Source of the DNA: a bacterium
GTDB taxonomy: Bacteria; Margulisbacteria; WOR-1; O2-12-FULL-45-9; XYB2-FULL-48-7
DNA length: 64,000 bases
Reading direction: 5' to 3'
NCBI GenBank assembly: GCA_043812655.1
Contig: JBDRLW010000046.1
Coordinates: forward strand, 1 to 64,000
Shown: in pieces, positions 52,913-64,000 of the stretch
How positions within the stretch are numbered: the stretch's first letter is position 1
Layout of the letters: the number at the start of each line of letters is the position of its first letter
Translations under genes and position numbers: made by a program
Notes under the pieces: generated by a model
The model's database searches: none
What the model was told of the DNA's origin: nothing
The model's input: only the letters and a program-made list of their open reading frames with translations

Positions 52913-54553
52913 ATGGCAGCAAAAGAAATGATGTTTGGCGATGAGGCCTGGAGGAAGCTCGAAAAGGGCGTTTCCAAAGTGGCCAAAGCAGTGATGGTGA
53001 CCTTAGGCCCACGCGGTCGCAACGTGGTCCTCGAAAAGAAATGGGGTTCACCGACAATAACGAATGACGGCGTGACGATCGCCAAGGAAATAGACCTAGA
53101 AGATCCATATGAAAATATGGGCGCGCAGCTGTTAAAAGAAGTTGCGAGCAAGACCAACGACATCGCGGGTGACGGGACTACTACCGCGACCGTTTTAGGT
53201 CACATTATATTTAAGGAAGGGTTAAAGAACGTTGTGTCCGGCGTCAATCCGATGGCGCTAAAGCGCGGCATCCAATCCGCGGTCGAAACGGCCATCGCCG
53301 AGCTGAAAAAGCAAAGCCGGCCAGTTGAGACCAAGGAAGCGATCGCCCAGGTAGCTTCTATCTCCGCTAACAATGACATGGAGATCGGCAACCTGATCGC
53401 TGACGCGATGGAAAAAGTCGGTAAAGACGGGGTTATCACCGTTGAAGAGTCGAAAGGGATCGAGACTACCTTGGAAGTCGTGGAAGGGATGCAGTTTGAT
53501 AAAGGGTATGCTTCTCCTTACATGGTAACAGATCGTGATCGGATGGAATGCGTCTTAGAAGACTGCTTCATGCTGATCACCGATAAAAAGATCAGCGCGG
53601 TCAAGGACCTGCTTCCCGCGCTTGAAAAAGTCGTCCAAGCGGGCAAGCCGCTATTGATTTTAGCCGATGAGATCGAAGGCGAAGCTTTAGCCACTTTAGT
53701 GGTCAATAAGCTGCGCGGCACGATCAATGCTGTTGCCGTTAAAGCTCCTGGTTTTGGCGATCGGCGCAAAGCAATGCTTGATGACATCGCGATCTTGACC
53801 GGCGGCGAGGTTATTTCCGAAGAAAAGGGTTTAACCTTGGAGAATGTTGAAGAAGCCTGGTTCGGTAAAGCAAAGAAAGTGATCGTCCGCAAGGAAAACA
53901 CCACGATCATTGAAGGAGCCGGGACTGCTAAGGCGGTTAAAGACCGGATCGGCCAGATCAAGAAAGAGATCGACCTTTCTGATTCTTCTTATGATAAGGA
54001 GAAATTACAAGAGAGATTGGCCAAACTTTCTGGCGGTGTCGCGGTCATTAAAGCTGGCGCGGCGACCGAAACTGAGCTCAAAGAAAAGAAACACCGGATC
54101 GAAGATGCTTTATCAGCTACCCGTGCGGCAGTTGAAGAAGGGATCATCTCCGGCGGCGGTTCCGCTTTTATCCATATCCTACCAGCGTTGGCCAAACTTT
54201 TTGCCGGTCTCTCTGGCGATGAAAAAGTTGGCGCGGCGATCGTGACCAAGTCACTAGAGGAACCTCTAAGACAGATCGCGAACAATGCCGGCTGGGAAGG
54301 GTCTGTAGTTGTTGAACGGGTTAAGAAAGAAAAATCTGGCATCGGTTTTGATGCGCAGAAATTTGATTTCGTTGACATGTTCAAAGCCGGGATCGTTGAT
54401 CCGCTTAAGGTGACCCGTTCTGCCTTGCAGAATGCGGCCTCCATTGCCTCTATGCTATTAACAACTGAAGTCTTGGTAGCAGAAAAGCCTGAAGAAGAAA
54501 AGGCCAAAATGCCGCCAATGCCTCCAGGTGGCGGGTATGGGGACATGATGTAA
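52913..54553 (+). CDS. groEL: chaperonin GroEL
   Basis: [34 protein letters not shown] tail. Confidence 0.98.
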   Translation: MAAKEMMFGDEAWRKLEKGVSKVAKAVMVTLGPRGRNVVLEKKWGSPTITNDGVTIAKEIDLEDPYENMGAQLLKEVASKTNDIAGDGTTTATVLGHIIFKEGLKNVVSGVNPMALKRGIQSAVETAIAELKKQSRPVETKEAIAQVASISANNDMEIGNLIADAMEKVGKDGVITVEESKGIETTLEVVEGMQFDKGYASPYMVTDRDRMECVLEDCFMLITDKKISAVKDLLPALEKVVQAGKPLLILADEIEGEALATLVVNKLRGTINAVAVKAPGFGDRRKAMLDDIAILTGGEVISEEKGLTLENVEEAWFGKAKKVIVRKENTTIIEGAGTAKAVKDRIGQIKKEIDLSDSSYDKEKLQERLAKLSGGVAVIKAGAATETELKEKKHRIEDALSATRAAVEEGIISGGGSAFIHILPALAKLFAGLSGDEKVGAAIVTKSLEEPLRQIANNAGWEGSVVVERVKKEKSGIGFDAQKFDFVDMFKAGIVDPLKVTRSALQNAASIASMLLTTEVLVAEKPEEEKAKMPPMPPGGGYGDMM

Positions 54554-54579
54554 TTGGGTTTACCCGCCGCGCAGGCGGG

Positions 54580-54646
54580 TTGACAAATACAGCGACCAGC
54601 TGTAAAATAAGTTCAAGTCGCAAAAGTGGGGTTTCTCCCACTTTTG
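54580..54646 (+). promoter_or_regulatory. sigma70 promoter and leader hairpin of nusA-infB operon
   Basis: TTGACA-17bp-TAAAAT, then CAAAAGTGGG-GTTTCT-CCCACTTTTG hairpin resembling the rimP-operon leader. Confidence 0.7.
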
Positions 54647-54678
54647 CGCTTATATGGGGTTTAGCGTGGAGGATTATT

Positions 54679-55788
54679 ATGAAAATTGAACATTTTAATG
54701 AAATGCTTGAGGAAATCCAGCGGGAACGGGGGATATCAAAAGATGGCCTGGTTTCCGCGATCAAAGCCTCTCTTTTATCGGCGGCGAAGAAGCGGTTTAA
54801 AGAAGAAGACCAGCTGGAATGCCGGATTTCCGATGATGGGGAAGTGAAAATTTATCTTTTGGCTGAAGAAGGCGAAAAAGATGTTACTCCAGATGATTTT
54901 GGACGTTTTGCCGCCCAAACAGCAAAGCAGGTAATTATCCAACGGTTGCGTGAAGCGGAAAAAGAGGAATCATTCGAAGAATATTCAAAAAAAGCGGGAG
55001 AAGTTGTAACCGGGATCGTCCAACGCCGCGAGTTTGGCGGTTACCTGGTTAATTTAGGCCGCTTAGAGACGATCTTACCGATATCGGAGCAGATCCCGGG
55101 GGAAATCCTGCGGGAAAGGGACCGGGTTAAATTTTATCTGGTCGAGACGAAAAGGACGCCAAAGGGACCAATGGCGCTCATTTCCAGATCGCATCCCAAC
55201 TTAATTAAAAAACTTTTTGAAATGGAAATCCCGGAAATTAAAGAAGGCATTATTGAAATTAAAGGGATCGTCAGGGAAGCGGGGAAAAGAAGCAAAGTAG
55301 CGATCTCTTCCAATGATCCTAACGTTGGGGCGGTTGGGACGTGTGTCGGCCATATGGGGCAGAGGATCCAGAATATTATCCGCGAAATGGGGCCGGAGCG
55401 GATCGACATTGTGGAATGGAGCGACAACCCTAAAACCTTTATTAGCAATGCCTTAAGCCCGGCCAAAGTCCAAAAAATTGAATTAAATGAAGAGGAAAAA
55501 ATCGCTAAGGTCTCGGTTTCCGATAAAGACCTTTCTCTAGCCATCGGAAAAGAGGGCCAGAATGTCCGCTTGGCGGTAAAACTTACAGGGTGGAAGATCG
55601 ATCTTGGCTCCGAAGCGAAACCAGCCGAAAGTGAAGAAAAAAAATCAAATCTTAAAGTCCACGAATTAGCCAAGGAACTCGATCTGACCAGCAGCGAGCT
55701 GATCGCTAAGCTTCGGGAGATGGGTTTCCAGGTTAAGGCGGCCAATTCGACCGTACCGGAAGAAGCAGTCAAACAACTGCGGGGGTAA
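54679..55788 (+). CDS. nusA: transcription factor NusA with C-terminal IF2-N-like domain
   Basis: FGRFAAQTAKQVIIQRLREAE, S1 and KH domains, AIGKEGQNVRLA; ATG after GGAGG. Confidence 0.95.
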   Translation: MKIEHFNEMLEEIQRERGISKDGLVSAIKASLLSAAKKRFKEEDQLECRISDDGEVKIYLLAEEGEKDVTPDDFGRFAAQTAKQVIIQRLREAEKEESFEEYSKKAGEVVTGIVQRREFGGYLVNLGRLETILPISEQIPGEILRERDRVKFYLVETKRTPKGPMALISRSHPNLIKKLFEMEIPEIKEGIIEIKGIVREAGKRSKVAISSNDPNVGAVGTCVGHMGQRIQNIIREMGPERIDIVEWSDNPKTFISNALSPAKVQKIELNEEEKIAKVSVSDKDLSLAIGKEGQNVRLAVKLTGWKIDLGSEAKPAESEEKKSNLKVHELAKELDLTSSELIAKLREMGFQVKAANSTVPEEAVKQLRG

Positions 55789-55789
55789 A

Positions 55790-57769
55790 ATGGGTAAAAT
55801 AAAAGTCGGTGATTTAGCAAAAGAGCTAGGCGTTGCCAACAAAGATCTATTGGCCGCCTTAAAAGATCTCGGCGTCGCCGCTAAAACTTCGGCTTCCTCG
55901 ATCGATGAAGAATCCGCTAAAGTTGTAACCGAGCTCCTAAAGCCAAAAGCTAAAATTGAAACACCTAAACCTGCGCCTATTCCTGAACCTATACCTGTTC
56001 CTGTGCCTACGCCTATTCCCGTTTCAACCGGTAAAGAATTAACGATCGAAACAGAAGATATTTCGGTCAAAGAACTATCCGAAAAACTTAAAGCTAAAGC
56101 TTCGGAAGTGATCAAAGAGCTAATGAAAAAGGGGATCATGGTGACGATGAACCAGCGGGTGGCGGCAGAAGTGGCCAAAGAAGTTGCCAGCGCGCTTGGC
56201 AAAGAATTAGTTATTAAAGAAAAAGTTGCCCAAGCCTCAAAAGGCTTAATGAAGCCGATGACCGGGTCGCTTCGTCCGCCGATCGTGACCGTCATGGGCC
56301 ACGTTGACCATGGAAAAACAAAATTACTTGACGCGATCAGATCGACTAAAGTGGCCGAAAGCGAAGCGGGGGGCATTACCCAGCATATCGGTGCTTACCA
56401 AGTTATGGTGCAAGATCGAAAGGTCACATTTTTAGATACGCCAGGCCACGAAGCTTTTACTGCTTTGCGAGCCAGGGGTGCAAAGGTTACCGATATTGTT
56501 ATTTTGGTCGTCGCCGCTGATGACGGAGTGAAACCGCAAACGATCGAAGCGGTCAACCACGCTAAAGCGGCCGGTGTACCAATTATTGTCGCGATCAATA
56601 AGATCGATAAGCCAGAAGCCAATCCTGATCGGGTCAAAACCCAGTTAGCTGAGCTTGGCCTGCAAGCCGAAGACTGGGGCGGAAAGACCGTGATGGTCCC
56701 TGTTTCGGCTAAAGCCAAGACGGGAATTGAAGAGCTCCTCGAAATGGTCCTTCTAGTCGCCGACCTTGGTGAATTAAAGGCCGATGCTAATGCTAACCCG
56801 CAAGGGATAGTGATCGAATCGCGGCTTGATAAAGGGCGCGGGCCGGTAGCTAGCGTACTCGTGCAAAATGGAACTTTAAAAATTGGGGATGTCTTTACTT
56901 GCGGCGCGACTTTTGGCAAAGTCAGAGCCTTACTTAGCGATAAAAATGCCCGGCTGGAAAAAGCGCCGCCATCAATGCCGGTCGAAGTTTTAGGTTTTAT
57001 GTCTGTGCCAAACCCTGGAGATGTTTTAACCGTAGTACCAACTGAAAAAGAAGCCAGAACACTTGCTGAAAACAATAAAATTGCCGATGGGCATACCCAG
57101 CGCGGGAAGGTCGTTTCGCTTGAAGATTTCTCAAAACACGTTAAAGAAGGCGAAGGGAAAGACCTAAATCTTGTCCTCAAAGCTGATGTCCAAGGTTCGT
57201 TGAGCGCGATCGTCCAATCATTGACCGACCTAAAAATGGGGAACATTGGCGTTCATATTATCCACAGTGCTGTCGGTTTGATCAATGAATCTGACATTAT
57301 GCTGGCCAAAGCTTCTGGCGCCATTTTAGTTGGGTTTAATGTTGGCTATGAAGGCGGGGCAGAGTCAAAAGGTTCTGACGAAGGAGTTGAGGTCAGGTTA
57401 TATAATGTTATCTACAAATTAATCGATGACGTTAAACTGGCAATGGAAGGTTTGCTTGAGCCGGAATTTGAAGAAGTTATCACCGGCCATGCCGAAGTCC
57501 GCCAGATGTTCTCTTTCTCCAAGGTTGGCTCGATCGCCGGTTGTTTTGTCACCGATGGTAAAATGACAAGAGGGACCGGACTAAGGATCTTAAGGGATAA
57601 GAAGAAGATCTACGAGGGCAAACTTGAATCGCTCAAACGATTTAAAGAAGACGTAAAAAGCGTGGAGCAAAATTATGAATGCGGTATCGCTATCCCCGGT
57701 TATTCTGATTTCCAGAAAGGGGATATTATCGAGAACTTTGAAGTCAGAGAGAAAAAACGCCAAGGATGA
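55790..57769 (+). CDS. infB: translation initiation factor IF-2
   Basis: GHVDHGKT, DTPGHEAF, NKID, SLKRFKEDV. Confidence 0.97.
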   Translation: MGKIKVGDLAKELGVANKDLLAALKDLGVAAKTSASSIDEESAKVVTELLKPKAKIETPKPAPIPEPIPVPVPTPIPVSTGKELTIETEDISVKELSEKLKAKASEVIKELMKKGIMVTMNQRVAAEVAKEVASALGKELVIKEKVAQASKGLMKPMTGSLRPPIVTVMGHVDHGKTKLLDAIRSTKVAESEAGGITQHIGAYQVMVQDRKVTFLDTPGHEAFTALRARGAKVTDIVILVVAADDGVKPQTIEAVNHAKAAGVPIIVAINKIDKPEANPDRVKTQLAELGLQAEDWGGKTVMVPVSAKAKTGIEELLEMVLLVADLGELKADANANPQGIVIESRLDKGRGPVASVLVQNGTLKIGDVFTCGATFGKVRALLSDKNARLEKAPPSMPVEVLGFMSVPNPGDVLTVVPTEKEARTLAENNKIADGHTQRGKVVSLEDFSKHVKEGEGKDLNLVLKADVQGSLSAIVQSLTDLKMGNIGVHIIHSAVGLINESDIMLAKASGAILVGFNVGYEGGAESKGSDEGVEVRLYNVIYKLIDDVKLAMEGLLEPEFEEVITGHAEVRQMFSFSKVGSIAGCFVTDGKMTRGTGLRILRDKKKIYEGKLESLKRFKEDVKSVEQNYECGIAIPGYSDFQKGDIIENFEVREKKRQG

Positions 57770-58146
57770 GCAGGCCAGAAAAAGCCGCCGAATTAATTAG
57801 GGCCGAAGTCAGCAAGATATTAAGGGCTAAAGTGTCGGACCCCCGGGTTGGTTTTGTCAGTATTACTTCAGTAGATGTTTCCCCAGACCTTGAAAACGCC
57901 GCGATCTATGTTAGTATCTTTGGCGGGGAAAAAGATAAAGTGGCCGCGATGGCCGGCCTTGATTCCGCGACAAGGTTTATCCGCGGCGAACTTGGCCGCC
58001 GGATAGAATTCCGCCAAGTTCCCCAGATCCGTTTTGTGCGGGATGATTCGCTGGAGAAGGGGAGTAATGTCCTAGGGATCATAAACAAGCTACATAAAGA
58101 TGAAAAAACAGTTCGACCAAGTAAAAGAGCTCCTAAAAAAAGCTAA
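57766..58146 (+). CDS. rbfA: ribosome-binding factor A
   Basis: DPRVGFVSIT.V..SPDL, VPQIRF..D.S. Confidence 0.92.
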   Translation: MSRPEKAAELIRAEVSKILRAKVSDPRVGFVSITSVDVSPDLENAAIYVSIFGGEKDKVAAMAGLDSATRFIRGELGRRIEFRQVPQIRFVRDDSLEKGSNVLGIINKLHKDEKTVRPSKRAPKKS

Positions 58147-59056
58147 GACAGTTATAATCGCGGCGCATGTTGACCCCGATGGCGACGCGATCGGCTCAAT
58201 GCTTGCACTGGCCGGCATTTTAGAAAAACTGGGGAAATCGGTTATTTGTTATTCGGCCGATAACTTCCCGAAAGTTTATCGATTCCTGCCTGGCGCGGAC
58301 ACGATCAAAAGAGAGATCCTCAATCAACAGCATTTTAACATGGCGTTCGTCCTTGATTCTTCCAACCTCGGTCGAGTTGGTGACAAGGTCGATCTCACCG
58401 AAATCACTAAAGTGATCGTTAATATTGACCATCATCCAGATAATACTAAATTTGGAGAAGTTAATATTGTTTCCAACGCTTCTTCAACTGGTGAATTGGT
58501 CTATGAACTGGCAAAAGCTTTGCAAGTAAAGATCGATAAGCCGATCGCCGAAGCGCTTTACACGGCGATCATTACTGATACCGGTAACTTCCGCTATGAA
58601 AACACAAGCGTCAAAACTTTTGAAATAGCGGCTGAACTTTTAAAGGCGGGAGTGGATACACATACGTTAACCGGGCAAATTTATGACCGCAAAACCATCG
58701 CTTCGATCAAGATCTTAGGATTAGCACTTTCGAATTTAAGGTTTTCGCCGGACAAAAAAATAGTTTGGACCGGCGTCAATGACCAGATGCTTAAAGAGAC
58801 CGGGGCCATGGGCGAAGATCTAGTGGGAATTATCGATCATTTAAGGGCGATCGATGGGATCGAAGTAGCTGTATTGTTCCGGCGGAAAGAAAATAAGTGC
58901 AAGGTCAATTTCCGCTCCAAAGACAAAGCCAATGTTTCGCTTATTGCGAAAAGCTTGGGCGGTGGTGGGCATGTTAAAGCAGCAGGGGCGACGATCGAAG
59001 GCGATTGTCACGACGTGGTAGAGCGCGTTATTACCGCGATCCAAAAACATCTTTAA
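58100..59056 (+). CDS. nrnA: DHH/DHHA1 phosphoesterase (NrnA-like)
   Basis: HVDPDGDA, IDHH, TDTGNF, GGGGH. Confidence 0.88.
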   Translation: MKKQFDQVKELLKKAKTVIIAAHVDPDGDAIGSMLALAGILEKLGKSVICYSADNFPKVYRFLPGADTIKREILNQQHFNMAFVLDSSNLGRVGDKVDLTEITKVIVNIDHHPDNTKFGEVNIVSNASSTGELVYELAKALQVKIDKPIAEALYTAIITDTGNFRYENTSVKTFEIAAELLKAGVDTHTLTGQIYDRKTIASIKILGLALSNLRFSPDKKIVWTGVNDQMLKETGAMGEDLVGIIDHLRAIDGIEVAVLFRRKENKCKVNFRSKDKANVSLIAKSLGGGGHVKAAGATIEGDCHDVVERVITAIQKHL

Positions 59057-59060
59057 CCTC

Positions 59061-59789
59061 ATGGACGGAATCATTATTGTTAATAAACCCCAAGGCTGGA
59101 CATCATTTGATGTTGTCGCCAAGATCCGCAATTTAACCAGGGTCAAAAAAGTTGGCCATTCCGGGACGCTTGACCCAATGGCGACGGGAGTTCTCCCTGT
59201 TTTCCTTGGCAAAGCGACAAAATCGATAAACCAATACTTGAATGGTGATAAGGGGTACGATGGGGAGATGGCCATCGGCGTCAGGACTGATTCTGGAGAT
59301 GCCGATGGTCAAATTCTAAATCCTAAATCCGAAATCCTAAACAATACCGAAATCTCAATATCAAAATCCAAAATAGAAGAAATATTTAAGAAATATGTTG
59401 GTGAAATTGAACAGGTGCCGCCGATGTTTTCGGCGGTGAAGATCAACGGCCAGAGGCTTTACGAACTAGCGAGAAAAGGGATCGAAGTTGAACGGAAAGC
59501 AAGAAAAATAACCATTTACGCATTACGCATTACGCATTACGATTCGCCCGACGCTACCCATCCACGCCTGACGTTTTCCGTCCTCTGCTCCAAAGGCACT
59601 TACATCCGCCAATTGGTAATGGATATTGGTGACGATCTGGGGTGTGGCGCACATTTATCAAAGCTGGTCAGGACTTATGCGCATCCATTCCATCTCTCGC
59701 AAGCGATCGATATGGAAACGATCGTTAACCTGGCTAAGATCGGGAAATTAGAGACAATTGTTTTACCATATGAAACTAGTAACAGCTGA
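59061..59789 (+). CDS. truB: tRNA pseudouridine(55) synthase
   Basis: KVGHSGTLDPMATGVL, QVPPMFSAVK, CSKGTYIR. Confidence 0.95.
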   Translation: MDGIIIVNKPQGWTSFDVVAKIRNLTRVKKVGHSGTLDPMATGVLPVFLGKATKSINQYLNGDKGYDGEMAIGVRTDSGDADGQILNPKSEILNNTEISISKSKIEEIFKKYVGEIEQVPPMFSAVKINGQRLYELARKGIEVERKARKITIYALRITHYDSPDATHPRLTFSVLCSKGTYIRQLVMDIGDDLGCGAHLSKLVRTYAHPFHLSQAIDMETIVNLAKIGKLETIVLPYETSNS

Positions 59790-60414
59790 CGAAATGGCGG
59801 AACTAGACCGCCATGCTATAAAAGACCTCAAAATCCCTTCTTTAACACTCATGGAAAACGCGGGGAGAGCTGTGGCGGACGAAGTATGCAAAATTCCGGA
59901 AATCCATAAGATCCTTGTCGTTTGTGGAAAAGGTAACAATGGTGGAGATGGTTTTGTTGCGGCCAGATATTTGGCCGAAAGAGGTTATGAGGTTGAAGTT
60001 GTTCTAATCGGTAATCGGGATGAAGTAAAGCATGATCCGAAGGTAAATATTGAGCAGCTAAAAAAGTTAGAGGCCAACAACCCCACACTGAAGTGTGGGG
60101 AATATACCCCAGACTTTAGTCTGGGGTTGCAAGCCAAAGATATTATTGTGGATTCCTTATTCGGTATCGGCCTAAAAACTGAATTAAAACCGCCTTACAT
60201 TGACATCATTAATCAATTAAATTCGACCGGCAAACCGATCATTGCGGTCGATGTTCCTTCCGGCCTAGACGCGACAACTGGCAAAGTCTTAGGCGCGGCG
60301 ATCAAAGCGACCAAAACTGTCACTTTCGCGGCGGCTAAAACGGGGTTTTATAAAGAAGAGGGACCGGCGCATACTGGGGAAGTGGTTGTTGTAGACATTG
60401 GGATTCCATTGTAG
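59770..60414 (+). CDS. nnrE: NAD(P)H-hydrate epimerase (stand-alone YjeF N-domain)
   Basis: LMENAG, CGKGNNGGDG, DSLFGIG, AVDVPSG, DIGIP. Confidence 0.9.
   Translation: MKLVTADEMAELDRHAIKDLKIPSLTLMENAGRAVADEVCKIPEIHKILVVCGKGNNGGDGFVAARYLAERGYEVEVVLIGNRDEVKHDPKVNIEQLKKLEANNPTLKCGEYTPDFSLGLQAKDIIVDSLFGIGLKTELKPPYIDIINQLNSTGKPIIAVDVPSGLDATTGKVLGAAIKATKTVTFAAAKTGFYKEEGPAHTGEVVVVDIGIPL
60078..60129. repeat. inverted doublet of REP-like palindromes inside nnrE
   Basis: CAACCCCACACTGAAGTGTGGGG-AATATA-CCCCAGACTTTAGTCTGGGGTTG. Confidence 0.85.
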
Positions 60415-62409
<1,995 letters not shown>

Positions 62410-62424
62410 CGATAAGGCTTGCCC

Positions 62425-62521
62425 CCTTCTCCCAGGGGGAGAAGGTAAAATGCAAAGTTGTTTTGGGGAATTACCCTCTCCCTCTGGGAGAGGGGGAACG
62501 GTATGTGAGACTGGGTGAGGG
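62425..62521. repeat. two CCCTCTCCC-N3-GGGAGAGGG-type hairpins with GGGTGAGGG tail
   Basis: CCTTCTCCC-AGG-GGGAGAAGG (62425-62445) and CCCTCTCCC-TCT-GGGAGAGGG (62474-62494). Confidence 0.75.
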
Positions 62522-63286
62522 ATGAAAGAAAAACTAAAACTGATTAAAAACTTACTAGAAAAGCGGAGCGCCAGGCGGAAAGAGAAGGCCTTTGTCATTG
62601 AAGGGCCGCATTTGGTGGAAGAAGCGGGGGAGCGGGTAAAATTTATTGTTTACAGTGAGAAGTTGCCAATCGTTAAAACGCTGGAAGAAAATGGGACGCC
62701 AGCTTATAAAATATCAAAAGAACAATATGCCGAAATCTCTCGAGTGGAGACTCCGCAAGGTGTTTTGGCTGTAGTCAGAGAGTTTGGCTATTCGTTTAGA
62801 GATGTATTGAAAGAGGACAAAAGCTTAATCGTTTTTTGCCTTGGGGTACAGGATCCTGGCAATCTGGGTACAATTATCCGTTCAGCCGATGCGTTTGGGG
62901 CAACTGGAATCATCCTCTCTAAAGGAACAGTCGACCTGTATAATCCTAAAGTTATCCGCTCATCGATGGGTTCGCTTTTTCATCTCCCGATCGTTACGAC
63001 CGAGGACGAAAAAGAAACCATTATGTATTTAAAGGAAAAAGGTGTTAAAATTATTGCAACTGACGCGAAAGCCAGTAAGATCTGTTCGGCCGTAGATCTA
63101 AGTGGGCCGGTTGCGATAATTTTAGGGAATGAAGGGGAAGGGCTCTCTACTGAAATTACCGAAATGGTTGCGGAGTCAGTTAGAATTCCGATGGTTGGGC
63201 AAGCTGAATCATTAAATGTTGGGATGTCGGCGTCCGTTTTGTTATACGAAGTTTTGAGGCAGGGGGATAATGCAGGAAAAAATTAA
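62522..63286 (+). CDS. TrmH/SpoU family RNA methyltransferase
   Basis: QDPGNLGTIIRSA, GNEGEG, IPM...ESLNV. Confidence 0.92.
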   Translation: MKEKLKLIKNLLEKRSARRKEKAFVIEGPHLVEEAGERVKFIVYSEKLPIVKTLEENGTPAYKISKEQYAEISRVETPQGVLAVVREFGYSFRDVLKEDKSLIVFCLGVQDPGNLGTIIRSADAFGATGIILSKGTVDLYNPKVIRSSMGSLFHLPIVTTEDEKETIMYLKEKGVKIIATDAKASKICSAVDLSGPVAIILGNEGEGLSTEITEMVAESVRIPMVGQAESLNVGMSASVLLYEVLRQGDNAGKN

Positions 63287-64000
63287 ACAAATTAAGGAAG
63301 AGGCTTTAAGAGTTATCCAGGCGGCAGGAAGTTTAGCTGCGCTTGACGATGCTAGGGTTAAATTTACCGGTAAAAAGAGCGAGCTACTCGAATTATTAAA
63401 GTCGCTGGGAACTTTATCGGCTGAAGAGCGGCCAATTGTCGGGGCTTTGGTTAATGAGACCAAAGGATTGATCGAGCAGGCGCTAAGAGAAAAGAAGATC
63501 GTCCTTTTACAAACGGAACAAAAACAAAAGATCGCGGCTGAAAAGATCGATGTTACTCTGCCGGGAAAAGGGATCAGGCGCGGCCATTATCATCCGCTAA
63601 CCCAGGTGATGGAAGAAGCTAAAGGAATATTTTTGCGGCTTGGCTTTGAAGTAGCGCAAGGGCCCGAGATCGAAACCGAATATTATAATTTTGATGGCTT
63701 AAATATCCCGCCGCATCATCCATCGCGCGATATGTGGTCGACTTTGTTCATTAAAGATAATTTACTTTTGCGGACTCATACATCGCCTGTCCAGATCAGG
63801 GTGATGGAAAAGAGGAAGCCGCCGCTGGCGATCATTGCCCCTGGCCGGGTTTTTCGCCGTGATTACGATGCGACTCATTCACCGGTTTTTCAACAGCTGG
63901 AAGGATTCCTGGTTAATGAAAATGTGACCTTTGGCGATCTCAAAGGGACTTTGACCGAATTCTTGCGCCAAATGTTTGGCAAAGACAAAAAAGTTCGCTT
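63270..64000 (+). CDS. pheS: phenylalanine--tRNA ligase alpha subunit, truncated by window end
   Basis: manual translation: MQEKIKQ..IDVTLPG..HPL..YNFDGLNIPPHHPSRDM..LLRTHTSPVQIR..DATHSPVF. Confidence 0.93.
   Translation, partial: MQEKIKQIKEEALRVIQAAGSLAALDDARVKFTGKKSELLELLKSLGTLSAEERPIVGALVNETKGLIEQALREKKIVLLQTEQKQKIAAEKIDVTLPGKGIRRGHYHPLTQVMEEAKGIFLRLGFEVAQGPEIETEYYNFDGLNIPPHHPSRDMWSTLFIKDNLLLRTHTSPVQIRVMEKRKPPLAIIAPGRVFRRDYDATHSPVFQQLEGFLVNENVTFGDLKGTLTEFLRQMFGKDKKVR

Noticed and set aside
55965..56021. CCT-NNN repeat in infB
   Set aside because: Codon-phase repeat encoding an ordinary Pro-rich linker
63200..63270. T-box leaders for pheS or tyrS
   Set aside because: Both genes overlap their upstream CDS, leaving no leader

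Overview
A 64-kb bacterial chromosomal segment, mostly housekeeping. Gene content and CGATCG/GCGATCGC enrichment suggest an anaerobic non-photosynthetic relative of Cyanobacteria such as Saganbacteria/Margulisbacteria, which is inference only. Contents in order: (1) an AlkD-like fragment, a four-helix-bundle gene enclosed by inverted 7-bp tandem repeats, cimA and a GAF/GGDEF pair; (2) lysA-dacA-panB-tRNA-Arg(CCT)-[HTH/LAGLIDADG-like ORF]-aroK-aroB-tyrS; (3) a ~21-kb surface-glycan cluster (MarR-type regulator, Wzx, rfbFGH, NeuB-cupin, HAD, ThDP enzyme, SDRs, methyltransferases, three radical SAM enzymes, GtrB/GtrA) facing a GT-C-like gene; (4) a sodium-bioenergetics block (membrane PPase, V/A-ATPase, rnfCDGEAB, P-type ATPase); (5) CIRCE-groES-groEL and nusA-infB-rbfA-nrnA-truB-nnrE-ligA-trmH-pheS. 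Most notable are a dispersed family of 7-bp tandem tracts that flank the four-helix-bundle gene and also occur in-frame in core genes, a likely caryophyllose/yersiniose-like branched-sugar pathway, a tRNA-anchored LAGLIDADG-like cassette, a NusA-IF2N fusion and a PPase lacking one unit of its DNVGDNVGD motif. All calls come from motif recognition by eye; no searches were run.
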